A stretch of 64,000 nt of DNA from an uncultured Eubacteriales bacterium (GCA_902797685.1 CADBTQ010000089.1:2187-66186), one strand, 5' to 3'. Shown: positions 48,001 to 50,059, counted from the first letter of the stretch. Program-made: numbers and translations. Notes: generated from the letters alone by a model not told the origin.

Positions 48001-50059
48001 TGTTACCGATCTTGAGATACGTCGGAGAGGGGAAATAGGTGTAACTGAGAGCGACACCGCTTGTCACGACCACGGTGCCTGCGGTACCGCTGGTATTGAC
48101 CGAAGAACTGCTGTTACTGCACTTGAATGTCAACGTGTATTGGGTAACGCTTTGGCGCCAGCTGCTCCAAATATAGAAGTTGCCGCAAACGTAGTTGAAC
48201 GTCGCCACACGACCCGATATGGTGTTGGCTTCCACCGTGTAACCCGCCATAGGCCCGGAAGTATAGTACAAGTGCACCGAATCGAGAGTATAAGACTGAG
48301 TGCCTTCCAAGGGACCGCCCTTGCGACCCGTGATCGCATTGTAAGTGACGGTCACTTTTTGGTAGTGAGTATCCGTCTCGACAGCCGACGAAATGGTAAA
48401 AGTCGCGCCGTTAGCGGCAAAGTTTGAGGAGTTGGCTGTGGGCAAGGGCTTGACGTTGGCGCCGCCGTTGAGATAGTAGTAAGCGTCCGTATAAGTACCG
48501 CTGGTTTGGCTGTTTTGAATGGCGATCGCCACGTATTTGGCGGTCAAAGTCAAATTGCCCGTCACCTTGCTGCCCTCGATGGTGCCGCCGACCGTAAAGT
48601 CGCCGCTGTAAATGCCCGTTGCCGTCCAGCCCGAGAAGGAGCCGGGACTTGAGAACAAGGTGGTACCGATGGGGGTTTTGAGATCGTTGTCGTAGTAGAT
48701 GGTACGGGTAAGGGTCTTGTTGCTATTGGAGCGGGTATAACCCGTTACGGCGGCAAACGCCAATTCGGGCGAGTTCATCGTAAGGGTGTAACTCTTGGGG
48801 GTGTATCCCGTCCAGATAAAGCATCCGCCCTGCAATTTGCCGTTGCCCATGGTGGCGGGAGCCGACCCGCTGAACGTGGGGGCGGTGCTACTGCCACCGA
48901 AGTTGGAGGGGGTCAGTTTGATCACGCCCGCGGTGGTGTAATAACTTGAGGTGCTGCTGTAGCCCAAAGAGGGGTTGCTCCCCGCAAAATACACTCTCCC
49001 CAACCCGTTGTAGTTGGCGATGGAGGACGTAAAGCCCAAGTAAATGTTGTTGACGTTGGTGCTATCCGTCGTACCGCTGTACGAGCCGAACTTAAAGCGC
49101 AACGTATTCCAAGACGATTCGTTGGAGAGATTGGAAGTAACGGCGGTACGAGAGGTAAGGGAAGATGCGGTCACGTTGTATTGCAAACCCGCTCTCACGG
49201 TACTCCACTTGGCGATAGCGTCGCCCGAAGTATTGTGTTGGATACCCACGTTGACGTAAGGATCGTCTTTGAGGGTGAATTCCAAGCGGAAGTCGCTCCA
49301 AGTCAAGCGCAGATTACGAGAAGCAGGCCACCACACACCTTCGATCTTGTTGTAAGTCTGCACGCAGAAATAGTAGGTGCCGCTTGCATTGATCGTGCCG
49401 AAACTGCCCGAGGACAAAGTATGAGACAAAGTATTGGCGCCCGCATCCTTGATCATGGTCGCGTCGGGATGGGCACCCTGCCCTTGGGTAGACGACGTAG
49501 CGGAAGTGGAGGTACCGGAAGTGATGTTGACGCAACAATAAGTGGACGTATCGTCACCGTTGAAACAGTTGAACGAGCCGACTAATTTGATATTGTCTAC
49601 TATGCCTTGCGCCATCAAGTCTCGAATACCGGCGGGAACTCGGAAATAGGTGGTGGTATACAAATAGCCGTTGGTGGTATGGAAAGCGCTGTCGTCGTCG
49701 ATTTTGAAGCCGTTGCCGTCGGAAGAAATACAATTACGGCTATCGGTAACGTCGGAATCGTTGTCCTTGTGGAGAAAACTGGTCAAGCTGTAAAACGTAT
49801 GGTTGCTATTGACGCCTTGCAAGTAGCTGTTGTACAAATACAGCGTAAACGTTCTGTTGACGTTGGACGAGGCGATTTGGTTGTGAAGGTAACCGTAACT
49901 GTACGAAGCGGATTTGGACGCGTCGGCGCTGCCCTGCGAAGTCAAGCCGAGGGTCAAACCAAGTAAAATACCAAAAAGAAGAACACCGACGATCGCCCAA
50001 AGAGCGGCGGTCTTGACGGCGGTGATATTGCGTTTGAAAGTAGCAGTGTTGTGTTGCAT
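14999..50059 (-). CDS. Giant modular cell-surface protein, 11,686 aa (N-terminal membrane anchor, Ig-like MBG/YDG-type repeat arrays, CBM-like modules, rubredoxin-like knuckle, helical region, GLUG domain)
   Basis: Uninterrupted 35,061-nt frame with AAGGAG (50066-50071) 6 nt before ATG 50059. Composition is a consistent T/S/G/N/Y/A/V-rich beta-repeat type. The recurring module signature is K..LT(V/L)....(Y/V)(D/N)G..(H/Q)....V.G......L......NAG(T/S)Y.V.....NY.L, and specific motifs are listed as sub-features. Confidence 0.9.
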   Translation of the reverse strand: MQHNTATFKRNITAVKTAALWAIVGVLLFGILLGLTLGLTSQGSADASKSASYSYGYLHNQIASSNVNRTFTLYLYNSYLQGVNSNHTFYSLTSFLHKDNDSDVTDSRNCISSDGNGFKIDDDSAFHTTNGYLYTTTYFRVPAGIRDLMAQGIVDNIKLVGSFNCFNGDDTSTYCCVNITSGTSTSATSSTQGQGAHPDATMIKDAGANTLSHTLSSGSFGTINASGTYYFCVQTYNKIEGVWWPASRNLRLTWSDFRLEFTLKDDPYVNVGIQHNTSGDAIAKWSTVRAGLQYNVTASSLTSRTAVTSNLSNESSWNTLRFKFGSYSGTTDSTNVNNIYLGFTSSIANYNGLGRVYFAGSNPSLGYSSTSSYYTTAGVIKLTPSNFGGSSTAPTFSGSAPATMGNGKLQGGCFIWTGYTPKSYTLTMNSPELAFAAVTGYTRSNSNKTLTRTIYYDNDLKTPIGTTLFSSPGSFSGWTATGIYSGDFTVGGTIEGSKVTGNLTLTAKYVAIAIQNSQTSGTYTDAYYYLNGGANVKPLPTANSSNFAANGATFTISSAVETDTHYQKVTVTYNAITGRKGGPLEGTQSYTLDSVHLYYTSGPMAGYTVEANTISGRVATFNYVCGNFYIWSSWRQSVTQYTLTFKCSNSSSSVNTSGTAGTVVVTSGVALSYTYFPSPTYLKIGNKIFSGWYTATSGGTRIMEFTGSNVSANTTLYAQYVDFTGSFSAMSDSYSEKSDANSWKDRSAKSTSITVPSALRHWTNTSSNYGYSLNVTIGTVYGNNDSYMSASGGHTSDYYAYSKGVVYYNVGGSDTTLFSLNQVEAKVGSNWWGGGNSGTKYATQSSSSSKTATIGKSGGTVSSITLKLVGQYKTDGHDKGTGSYHWSTTSVTPTFNITRGTTTNKQTLTFNPNGASGSAVTFYKTSSTQSFTMPTATYWTRTGYYFVGWSASTSGTPVSGAASQTGTTYYAIWKEANYQVNAWDVYFGANSGTASFKLVRAPYVRTYTGGLTLSSMNANPGGRNSNYQDDLTQFNPIAGFDTNAWYTAATCSGSTSSSIAANTTQSSTVYYLKHTLKAATVTKTAYADTQVSYGTPFYLDNCVTFSHAIANTSDITWTWKNGGNAVSFQNNTQYPHALFDVDEACYYYIGTTKIAKLATAYTLTTSVSYTSGNVTLVTNGTPSINIQPTINPIGLTARFGTNSRRYDGTTSGLIALLTVSVADGFETGAFNAEYNKGVSYYGTTKGLILGSPGHSYTPRYSGFTSGTGFSTEIRNAGTYAITSVLLTCSGTADTANTNYYWVDTTSTNKQKLETTSITYTITPIDADIYVWSVSKEYGKADGSGAENDSASYVKRVVSFTDPSSVATDPYKTQASATNSTWAVSVVGLVENGTYVSAVDTGGFASANVLSRTSGEDTGFYSVTYNVNNLLAVYKNNYNFDVSGLQQGGSLTHNSYPAVTPEETSTGVFSFAAGPRSTGDNTAQYINEYNTLYGTDIGIANGTGYVYGLFRITPKSVTLSLTGQNGEAFDYTADWRGHTVTVTGLLSGAGAMTAYYDSACTKQLGRISGNTYTPATVTSSTNTLHLKKMDVGSYSVVIYLKPDSNYVLAGSLAQSAYQSKPITWTVTPKTLMYNFDVNYFASGSEFVYNKGLMGKKMTISGLLNLPGTSTKDTVDFDTVTLTGCAYYGTTTTTSSALNKRTSASSRGTRLGTSGYYFLGTNVATYKVALSNPMGTNFSGDDGLLFASGATAKGESASNYTGDAASAEWKIEPKPLTISWARGYCDSTTYTTVTSNQSGLDGDGNHLGFQYVAKKADGTQYTQGLRATVSGVFAGDSVTLTAGNNSTPNPLTISGAAGLVVEFYKTTCATYVCSFTAVSNPNYTLPSNNMLEFDIYQNVAKITGWTVTYLNSSSQTVTWGTYNGTETIALPYGGVTYTLAVSAVAYDDNSGRSLSVGDLGTITLTNNTGIDAKDYSISASLAEDSGFVLSNPTRAWSITPKTVTLSAWSDYFASGSSYTYNADPMGKKATVTVKHFASTKANIASESTNAIYVRDSQSFVLTTSAGTMQYARPGANATGTLTVRVVGVNAGTYDATVSLSSANYRMTSVKPGSFTIATRTLTLTMDSLTVDYDGEQHEVTIRINGLQGSEKAKLTITNTGSTFVTKEIASNSTQVTNNTAYKFGATNAGTYTVNVTALNAIVGGQARKENYTLTAKSATLTINKKALTASWSAANTLTYTGAGQGRTLTVTGMVAGENLTLTNTASAYTDSGKGTALSGSGLTPTAASLTLASGAVSRSQAYTAIWAGYYEVAIDLDNMPNYTLGGSKSANWTIGKRTLTLTMANVAVDYDGQAHNVTVSIGGLQGSEKAKLTITNTGSTFVTKEIASNSTQVTNNTAYKFGATNAGTYTVNVTALNAIVGGQARKENYNLTAKSATLTINKRQLTLSWSDDVTLTYNAALQTGRTLTVTGAIPSNALGLTSTVASYTDTTRNTSLSNTGITPSGSNSYTADSAGKITINYQAGKAGYYTISLAVNDTANYTLSGSATSNFSIAKAALTLTMSDKTVTYTGAQQNLSVTVAGLVGGNKVRLTYSANKAFTSNGWTNNDTWLDNDAYQFGATNVGTYKLTVSTVYGVSGTYADVNDYSFAQTEATLTINAKEITASWVTASPSYDGSLKTIATLTLSGIVAGESVTWNTASTTKYYGENTTMTNTGLTPTGNKTETAPDSGTISQTYQAGKAGNYSLTVSLVGMSNYTLKGTATASATFYRSLLTLTWQANNNLTSGNAYLTKDGRVGKGSYVYDGSQNGVKVTVGGIVAGETIKLSTTSTYPTNGIANNSTAVSNTSYVFSAVNAQATAYTVWVTGINSATGKTYSDAKNYAYDYRSNLLKTSGGTTALLTSGQSVTDSANKIQTTISARSLTASMSSVAATYNGTVQTYANLTLTNAVAGDTIYITSTVTATAPSGGALSGHGATAPVSGLAAANGNVTIAYQAAKAGSYKVVVALNGMSNYTMDTLTFNDGAIARATLTLTWASLDGNFDSVSSGVMTKTVTYDGAQHGVTLTVTGLQASEQVQLTLGANNYTTQGVQSNNTWMSEGVAKTLSSKDHVDGSYDVYVSAIYAAQGTDYAAATNYTLTNSSNKYKQNATSTALNVATGSVRARTIINKKALTSSWSGADTQTYTAQGLGKTLTVSGIVSGESVNMSLTASAYTDSGKATRLDNSGLSPTTGYALSSAANTKAHTAVKAGYYEVSVSLSDNNYTMSETTASWTIAARTISLSWSGKGSCDYDGNNHGVTVTISDIQGTDKVTFAVTTTYAGNGLSAAVGNGAYNFTSKNKGVYSVSSVEISSVSGTYASNANYTLVANLGASNANTQYTINQRQLTLSFSTPATTPTYNGSLQTIATLTVSNAVPGETINLTNTTTAKVSNGGSNLAGSGITPTGNLSLKANDSGLATQNYQAGKAGYYGASVALNGMSNYKLSASSVTSSNFSLGKATVTVTFTGTGSTNYDGTSHGVTATIGGLQNGESVSFNTSSTLAYATLGIDNGTTKYGNGARVFGSVNANDQAYNVTISSIKAVSSGTYAGVTNYTLSVSGNSNYTINKRPVTVEWMPAGTLTYNGSEQGISVTVSDLVKTDKVGIAFSADGSNPSGTGTFTSSGNATSVSKTFKAVNANVGGGHYTATLTGFNSTNYKFKDGSTLSGTWTISPKIVDLTWTTDTATPAFANFKAEYNGSDRYVYAAVSSSSLVGTDTVTLTPSSFAGRAVGTYTATVTGISNTNYQLPATTSKSWEITPKQVNASWSKVGKTYTGTVQNPATLTLTGLAAGDSVRLSVSGSGYTIGTNSAIAVSGLTPASGATIDVASNSNTYSFGGVRAADYKVTIALTSGNVLSNANYVLAGTTQYTYTISQQAITITWSALNDDSGVQYDGEAHGVVARVTGIQNAETVRLSFSNNNYLNKGIVHNSTNVQNNASYAFSSINADSYAVTGIALASATYTSSSDANTRNCINVANYTLTSNESGSAYVIVKRILSVSDKGTASFGYDGAVHTVIATPGNIVGTDRVAFTYANSGIVTNSATNAGTYTLTINGCEPSFNYRIATSGDAGYQASDWSYQWTISARTLTVGWSTASGLVYNAQAQGIKVTVGNLVQTDKITINFTSNGTSPSGSSFVTSGSSTTMAVDFKGVNAGSYTSKLTSIASTNNGSTNYTLPSNQGNWSIAQKPVGFDWNYSGTPFEYFYGAWTVAVSNVTGLVDDATISVSYTTHNLARYVENGQWVYNVTKGSNTATEVGSYTAQVASISGAGSANYCLPASVSARQLNWRINPRPITISWQDTAALTYNGQGQGPTVILTGIIEGDTVGFLGTVTGMTAANDAVDSGNIHFTYDTKSTNAGFDTYTYTFVYTSQAGNNYRATIPSLDEDVGVSKNYYTLADNNLKTYSIAQKEVGINWVKDGLGTWSGFQTTYNGKTRSVTPTITSSTIVSGDSVSIAYTGNTGKNARAYTVTVSSVNNANYCLPAVVSQDWTIKQCVIGATWKWKGSDLSSSTIRYDGTEQVVTAVATGAVSGENVTFSYSNNTKMHQGSYTARATISGDFRTNYAFDSNGAQYVETAWTILPRVIEQSNVSWGTTEFEYDHNSHTVTATFDNQISGDVITVTYETTGTTTVTVDNKSVTAKYANTATNRDVYVAKIKSISNTYGDYTLASNFQTTWRITPKLLTVAWSAASATYDGAAHGVTLTVTGIATGDTVRLTYTNTGKSPSSAYLTYSQASSSTLTQAFNAVKAGSYEAVVTGLTDYNEGNENYYVNTNKGTWTIEQATITLTWSLLGTNSGTYDGTSQGLNLAVAGIAAHETVRFTLASTNNNEATTITNAATNSSYTFTSVNHGDYTVSINGITSVAALSGHANSADVAASNYKLTSSGSNAYHIAQRVISLEWNDDDSHGEMAYVYFYNHQGMSAPYAYAYNGSGNYVAWPGVAMNRIGDTNWYGALIDSSYSTVIFSDNGSNQYGDWSYSVDYPTYFWGVGLPQAPGSTTVYYYNANGWSRPSAYAWCQADVNYETKTTDFGSYPGVTMTAIGGGWYSATINSVANRIQFVDASNTSNNSGDLVFVKDAPYYNGKWSDTKPAQADQVTVHFYTETMATPYVYAWNGSSNNGWPGVAMTSEGDGWYKATLSTAYTQVIFNNNGADQTGDIGFGTGSFTYYKNNAWWATDPDLNTTSAKSGYVYDGNEHGVVVTLGNILASDIANITFSYLNDGTNTPAKTVGATYTSGGLTLQTCDYSFLAINAKNTAYTALITAIASNPGGNYALPNTGLQGEWEIAKRVLTVEWNYDTTNGAPQDGSWTYDASQHGVVLTVGNILTGDQPSITVNNTGSVPQNGRYVFSTTSQSGGAYSVNTTFGAVDYSATPYMVTVIGVSDDNYALPATGLSAEWSIDQKEVILVWQMDGGNTFSKTYDGNPHTVTATVSNACSGDTVNVTVSGGVNTNAKDTAYTATAAALSNGNYKLPATVTRTYNVTRRNVTAVLGNTSVEYKAAAVTIGDLNVSFTNAVTGDTIAVATDNLSSVNAINVGNYNVRLTINNTNYNLTNANTNLPFSITPFVIAKADMSWEYFTSNGSGVENSGSRSSIEWPVSIGFASGIYHNFEASMSGVFASADVDFGYTYFGFCTCGHYHPTSSNYPSPYYTFDQDHQWFVFNDNGTVGFHSFGPNHAGTYYVVLSLTGSDAGNFVFENTTVYGNDYGMVDPTYFAGSNVVYPKSSTVVTAAPNGYAFKFVVAQTPGGFVTDDSADVDKVFDGNPYTDYPTIVGYTPQQMTIYIDGVAYTYAQFLDNTVTREYRSTSYNIVYTVGGGTSTYTCDNVNGTSQAVERVLTVSKRLIVITNTASTAWSRDYDTTTVYSDYTVGALDTTNNTGIVDAGKATLSATYDSALAGNRTLTFALSGADRLNYLFELHAGATTTVSATVAGEIFRKQLIVTATDYDKVYDRQSTYTSYTYTGVLADAPVTLSASYDSFVAGSRTITFVVSGTQSANYEVVVNGGTPGVLTLAATIYRKGIHLTMGSTSKTYDGTNLVEFDYDSSAILTGDTLNITALYDNKNAGTGKTITYSLGSTGDAVNYKFGDDGNASELTNSTITLTNGVITQRELSLAWTDARAHSVYDGNEQSVTLFVDNIVAGDVLSLGGVDGSTSVTGGNRVSGGTTVYGITYTYTYVNRGNYTRTITVSDANYVISSDATYSWSIAQRGLKITWTGDDSGAWVGYTTVYNAQTRTLTPSVGKVDGVAQSGLVAGDDLDAAVSGNTALHAGDSYQATYTINNNNYYVASGATLGWSIDKATITGKYFADSTVIYDTTSHAVTVDTTSALGDVLTVTYTITPQGGATTSGANANAATDVLWVNGEVAGYTITATLSHQDYVTYNVPNTADHSRYNAVLTITPADIVVSMDDNSTVYNARVQYVSLNEAASPSATTVLTQLGESVSVSYALSVTRGTAEVGVTNGAKNVGVYVVTAEVGEDNSNYNTLTLTKTLTIATAEIKTANGDSITMSPDTLAVDYNKQTHSLSVNVADGTHTDLYDLDNTVISVSYKINGVDGNSAVNAGTYTIVATVKATVNGVESTNYESKVITGTLTINKATMRNTTGTGSGLFYLVGTSYDYDSRVRYLNVNTQNATLLQDAGVNAIAVRPSLSAGYVSGTDEAEITYTYVYTNPVGTVTNTHSLLHAGTYRISAVLHNDNYVDYVLSEVTVTVNAIQIESVYLNLPELTTNADGTNPRHYDYTNSYYSVGVSRSADIINTSIVSQITLTIGGANTSDLASVTYTYEYAAPGSNSFADRGAFDNATAKDAGSYRITATITAIGEAVNDYEQKVLTNTMIIWPVDITSIRVSSVSGVYTGESKDYAVTDNQTQFEENVNIRYSVSSASGSSDGIVYGNGKVSMLHADVYTVTVYINENAASNTIAYNSNYFAKTIAGTLTITPATISGISFAGQTVTYDGSDYFLNLVTSTNANAISRASLGDTVTVSPSTNTSFAEQAAVSYTVGDSAFAGALHAGTYEITATVSHRDYNAYSATATLTVSKATMWAAVSGNEQARTFGLIEESGSVFQKVYDTHTLHVNVNVNGATQTYLDDNGSFVSSFSIRPSGMALSDGLALGDTASVTLLANGSSFAGIKNAGEYALTAILHHEVGGYSDYEDVTLTGTVIVDKVRFDGSLGHLPALYLNGSTRIYDADRHYVGVNTIDEYLDSATATVALLSGDGTAKIRYYYNTVDNDTYPNTFAGAINAGTYYVQALTEIEDNDVAQNYEFWTSVATLQIQKLRFTDEDGHLGQLYLVGNERAYDAISHYVGVNRSNAYLDDMVSVIHYESLGLTVSVSYTASYNGGEAQAFTGATDAGTYDVTAHIAEGDNYVAWTSSARLTINKLHFAEGQPAKGYVGTLYFGDVTVAYDKLSHYVGVSKSDESVDARVDAITYFDGNVSLPVVYQQGGVAFDGTSVAGTYTITASIAATVNNDAWTDTATLLVKQLVFAVDPSTGAADVANGYLGGLYIVDHTVSYDTNTYYTGVSRTDGWSNSLASSFSYVLAGGTIDVGVTYTYTQNGVDKGAFTGVIDAGTYVVTAHVASPADGGWQAWSQSATLTIERARFGNGQLTSLYFVGNEFKYDMLMHNAYVNTADAYSSTPLSEVSLLGTDGVATITYYYNVDGGDVYENVFTGAVNSRTYYLRAVVGYANDRNANNYEAWSRDASLVISPLQYVAGEIGDLRLNSGETLFDASTHYLGVTEGSAWLDQLVSGITVQLGSNSLVIPVSYVYNTDGTSTYGSSFVGQRDAGLYYVKAVIEADVNGNYGAWSDTATLQIDALKWNGQSGHLDQLYFVGNEGNSLLYDGARHYVGVNTVNAYNNEYVTTLYYVYDQERHGFVIGNGSNYDLAVPVAYTYYKGALGSGNYDDAFQYCQDAGVYNIRASIVEGINYEGWTDTATFTIDKLQWIDDAGHLGRLYLTGTTRTYDATTHYVGVSHTADSYVDQNVTELTYQYGDLTLQIPVEYRYHVGEGNYDNAFDGALHSATYSIKAIVAETNNYDGWEGEVELTIQKIKWTGAQHDFDQLYFVSGESYYDMLTHYVGVNTDNAFNPSLLTSLSYLVEQDGVSLLSNGDPTANVVVPVVYTYNTDGSDNYVETFGGISNCGKVYVRASIAASEDYEGWEGFATFEVKKLTFSGASIDVSAGKLGNLYFVGTTTAYDMLSHTIGVSYSNAYTNTHPLSLTYSLAGGELVIAINYTYYVGASGSYDSDFTSATNAGVYHVKATIASTANYDGFEGEATLTISKLQFALDPETSDVNIAKGYLGVKYFVGTEFAYDGLTHYMSVNDANAYLDQQPTTLQYVLAGGTLSIDVAYTYFLGATGTYSDPFVSATDAGVYNVRAEVVGTDNYEGWVKTATLRIRKLAWVEGELGALYYTGADLIFDNAEHFAGVSRSEDDWVDDYINELTIETGSVSLRIPVAYTVGGADFVPTKNAGDYSITATIAETTNYEGWTDTVTLHIEKLHWTADSLGELYLVGKTLPYDALTHYATISRNLNEWNDTAPEASLYYTVDPHGITYVGNANGTFVIPVSYTYATAENGAFDHTFAGLTNAGKVWVKATIAADVNYDGFEKVVVLEITKLVFAFKDGEINAAEGYLGSLSFNGPDSDQVYDGLTHYVGVNNRTSAWLDSTVETLTYTLASGRQLTIGIDYTVSKNGSAYVAMSGVKDVGTYTIRAEITADANGNYDSWVATAPYRILPFATSLVWHKPAGNGMTYNGYDQTSQVYASLTKVSAEGGAQTLPMSVYLSSTLSWDYSTLSDPSFVATSAEYVKVDGASVESLIGKQPSSLYHAGEYVVIACFDDGNYDLSNSWELIQCITIEKATVDLYLVGQTVTYDGATHYVSAYDQEEWHDAPLVSDVSAYMQGDDSATISYTFNTDNGNLYENAFVGLKNAGTNYVRAEIVMDESIRDDYEPWIKYCELTIEKRRLTFTSTSELGAWTKVYDTTIDYSAYTVTGIAPLDANDLSVSVSFATKTAGTSKPMVVTMDTDVAGLVNNYVYDELYGTILPKQIKLIDGIDWSRVYDGTDRVRPTFNNTSIDLNDREYYVEGYRTFEGDSVSLSAHYDSKNVREVTEVVFGFVGIDGVNYQLVTTVTATASKPLLIPLVSTIKWVDLDLTYNGYARDMSSLTANTANGVQPYTVTYAFVDMLGDDANDISLSNNGLFLFDLRFQRNGVSTTYRDAGEYEVLASTDSRLSSWTIASGEYEGIAAGTYKTIGDNYLLLDLTKTATIAKYSTSVEWDRPNSDGLVYNGQERAVSAWFELLGEDRDVAAYGADANGVVHMSVFAQDYDYTDGNGNVIAMGIEMLKDGVRVAVMRNAGTYSMYVQVPNAIVKNYDLQNNQFTNVVMQKASIDSYFAFQYTGELDLGSYYLGNYYYFFAVDPSSGEDYKQLILSRQNSDDRSYTAYTRKYQYDDIEVEMTYVNGEYSYFGPDDSYNSGNNGITNAGSYAITAVVFETDNYEGWSRTINVRLSKGVIDTFDLADYLESDGDPLVYKGSNYGLYVASKSPSDPSGSHFSTSMNTMYLPDGRVADIRYYVDELSYTGSLAIVGGSISATPVLHGNQYVDTDGNDVLSVSEKIAAGVERTMPSVKQAGYYLVSAIVWNDPNYENWEGSALLRIAKYNTRVLWLAKSPITGEFISLDDVAFTFSGYDQYDNISAYFAAFAEDAQSGRVYLKVLAEPTAEYADGYAANNGQTNELRLAGDYTLSCDFDSSIDDLDYIERNYNIAYSDKTLTINKFTVALHWQVDGIDYDPANPPVYDGIEHSVQALGVGVDYYALRNGSVVPSIVYIKLETDEYDENGVERWVAIDAGDNYRAKVMSIMSAVDNTAYYDSEGNAKAYGSCQFDYNYQLPSEGKLLSWVIARRPLSVDLTVSSSQILKKLYDGVSTFEIDSQNSTFRFEDSGETTTPRNGKFARLYNEVAVYTVKGIDGYDTFSYVIKGIVERDTYSSHKCPDCGYVYREGDYSNYSYEDDSATGYAIGSLQANAHWEDLPDNYQCPNCKRQAALRAEALIDALYDLSIVETENNAVMEFLVLADTIDTFVRRGETLFADGDYANAYIAFSAARKLRDHMDESLDHVLDTTKAELYYYLGASVGKLLADLTNKSLTSMDYSRVHTVEQLYQGLDDDYQVTLPLTDVLGNTVTGVSGTAKEVALSMGAGEYSALTEAISTVNDLILTDGVSVFTGYVNDLVNTVGGELTMQALLDVASLEALSRALSAASIEPDPSVSSTFAATKATVQSSLRELFSRLSTITSLQNGRLQSVVAKNELYQFYCTIIDTVQDGLSANWTSEALVTKLQSNDEAMRGLVEGSNPYFEAVTKATEQSAIAARIALDNAFSEGNADNYYHYLDKLDGYLYDQAVERLIGDATYKGYDGGSTIATDTYMYNVGTFDYLVERYNGLSAAAKDYVTADVNTIQTYLANAFTTLPTADAVYYLLLSFEYDSFGEMGILVSRSVRMIYDTAVSNGVENIGNVSPSRLTSIEERIASEYSGGYTSSLSLSPDRTYAVTYEMDGHEVASVALVVYFYQMMDAPERALVNANDRNYNTCVTAYGLHFVADFSHVILGDQFRMENARNVVDSLPTDVRELYVDSEYLDQIEVKIVEKYIDMIGNPVTLSDLGLIHYVGMRYARLSADGKNDVSNYSRYQQALSESLSLVPTQSDWDVYANPIAEYAQVFQLNFETAMTLYAARYVADQLGITNADLTTAEACYATALQDYLSGITAANISSDWVRDNLVAARVYYDMSSDSIKQSLGDTFVTALSAYEESRRQSVHDFAITAKADFVALGDNLIRMNPSVIRIYNSLGEITAAVDANYANIMWTSLITANYISDIDESSGTAGVTRIDAEIVPVPITAYFGEGDNGKYYDGKTSAFAFVGEDSTISDRMTRVVENVREQEVWKDVLSGLVQTMDADGKIVTDMGAPVAFPLTSLLEGNHLVLNVTLAGYNHANEMVLNVIDASDAERPHYYVLQPNPVTGAYEITVYDANGNQNYVVSVYTRDLAVDGVVDLNTGVENEMGGNVKLLQYKDANGELCDSQYHIVPRTLLIEYSNVLQSWQQNAPKPVEVSSISKGTSEETYVDYMTEADFIALLQADGFMDSNGDYIVGSECNIVVDNDKWWALNSGNRYLKLKGELVSIKNLDYEDSGLDVYVTDNGVGTKEDWRTSRNSTNYVINMPTLQVTHLLIYDESLGNTEYAQSNGYVFAVRTAEDVARMGADMTGLYNAAHDEEDPVGRVPSFYQLNDITMVEDGNLIIVTEPGITDGNYYGQGYGIYDLTVISNNSYAGLIGRMVGAVETDENGDEVRVGGYVDGVRLYNSIVYISGGLHGGSLIGLAVDATVTNSSAVGRVTVAIASVEGDGAKAGGLIGEAIDTELRSVRYAGYVDALGGGEDTSTQYAGGLIGKLVLSDDFDGIGVQNARVIAAVSLSGKDPLSTGGGLIGGLDGAYALAVDPSSVGYLADGVLSTSTTAPAKGLSNDVGVSGTAYGTSYTDMLYSDAWRAVISDLAQYVVKDQDLGLGEYDMFDKAADYGSSDNLVVVANYRQLSLLQLYPWLSYQQAGRIICPSVSDLMTSRYWVTDYVQGGYELLCYRRGPYLATFGPDQQPLQVEARNQ
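15497..16030 (-). other. Giant protein: C-terminal GLUG-motif region
   Basis: Repeated (A/G)GL(I/V)G units: YAGLIGRMVG, HGGSLIGLAV, KAGGLIGEAI, YAGGLIGKLV, TGGGLIGGLDG. Confidence 0.65.
17300..19840 (-). other. Giant protein: ~850-aa non-repetitive, helix-rich region
   Basis: Composition switches abruptly to A/L/E/D/Y-rich sequence without the Ig-like signature (…AALRAEALIDALYDLSIVETENNAVMEFLVLADTIDTFVRRGE… to …ITAAVDANYANIMWTSLITANYISDID). I recognised no motif. Confidence 0.6.
19841..19993 (-). other. Giant protein: rubredoxin-like Cys4 knuckle pair
   Basis: HKCPDCGYVYREGDYSNYSYEDDSATGYAIGSLQANAHWEDLPDNYQCPNCKR matches both rubredoxin knuckles (CxxCGY.Y ... W.D(L/I)PD.(W/Y).CP.C). The inter-knuckle loop is about 12 residues longer than in canonical rubredoxins. 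Confidence 0.7.
23760..28477 (-). repeat. Giant protein: sub-array of 14 divergent ~100-115-aa modules with a shared signature
   Basis: I counted 14 units beginning (I/V)xK(L/V)x(F/W)...G.LY(F/L).G....YD...HY.GV and ending ...AG(T/V)Y.(V/I).A.I....NY..W...ATL.I. Confidence 0.7.
34421..35230 (-). other. Giant protein: three tandem starch-binding-like (CBM25/26-type by motif) beta-sandwich modules
   Basis: MAYVYFYNHQGMSAPYAYAYNGSGNYVAWPGVAMNRIGDTNWYGALI...VIFSDNG; TTVYYYNANGWSRPSAYAW...YPGVTMTAIGGGWYSATI...IQFVD; QVTVHFYTETMATPYVYAWNGSSNNGWPGVAMTSEGDGWYKATL...VIFNNNGADQT. Confidence 0.65.
42741..42978 (-). repeat. Intragenic near-identical repeat, copy A (~238 nt)
   Basis: Matches 43395..43632 at about 94-95% by eye (~13 mismatches), offset exactly 654 nt (218 codons). 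It encodes GLQGSEKAKLTITNTGSTFVTKEIASNSTQVTNNTAYKFGATNAGTYTVNVTALNAIVGGQARKENY in both copies. Confidence 0.9.
43395..43632 (-). repeat. Intragenic near-identical repeat, copy B
   Basis: See 42741..42978. Confidence 0.9.
49940..50011 (-). other. Giant protein: single N-terminal transmembrane anchor
   Basis: K9/R10/K16 followed by TAALWAIVGVLLFGILLGLTLGL. The positive-inside rule predicts N-in/C-out. I saw no C-terminal LPXTG, SLH or dockerin motif. Confidence 0.7.
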
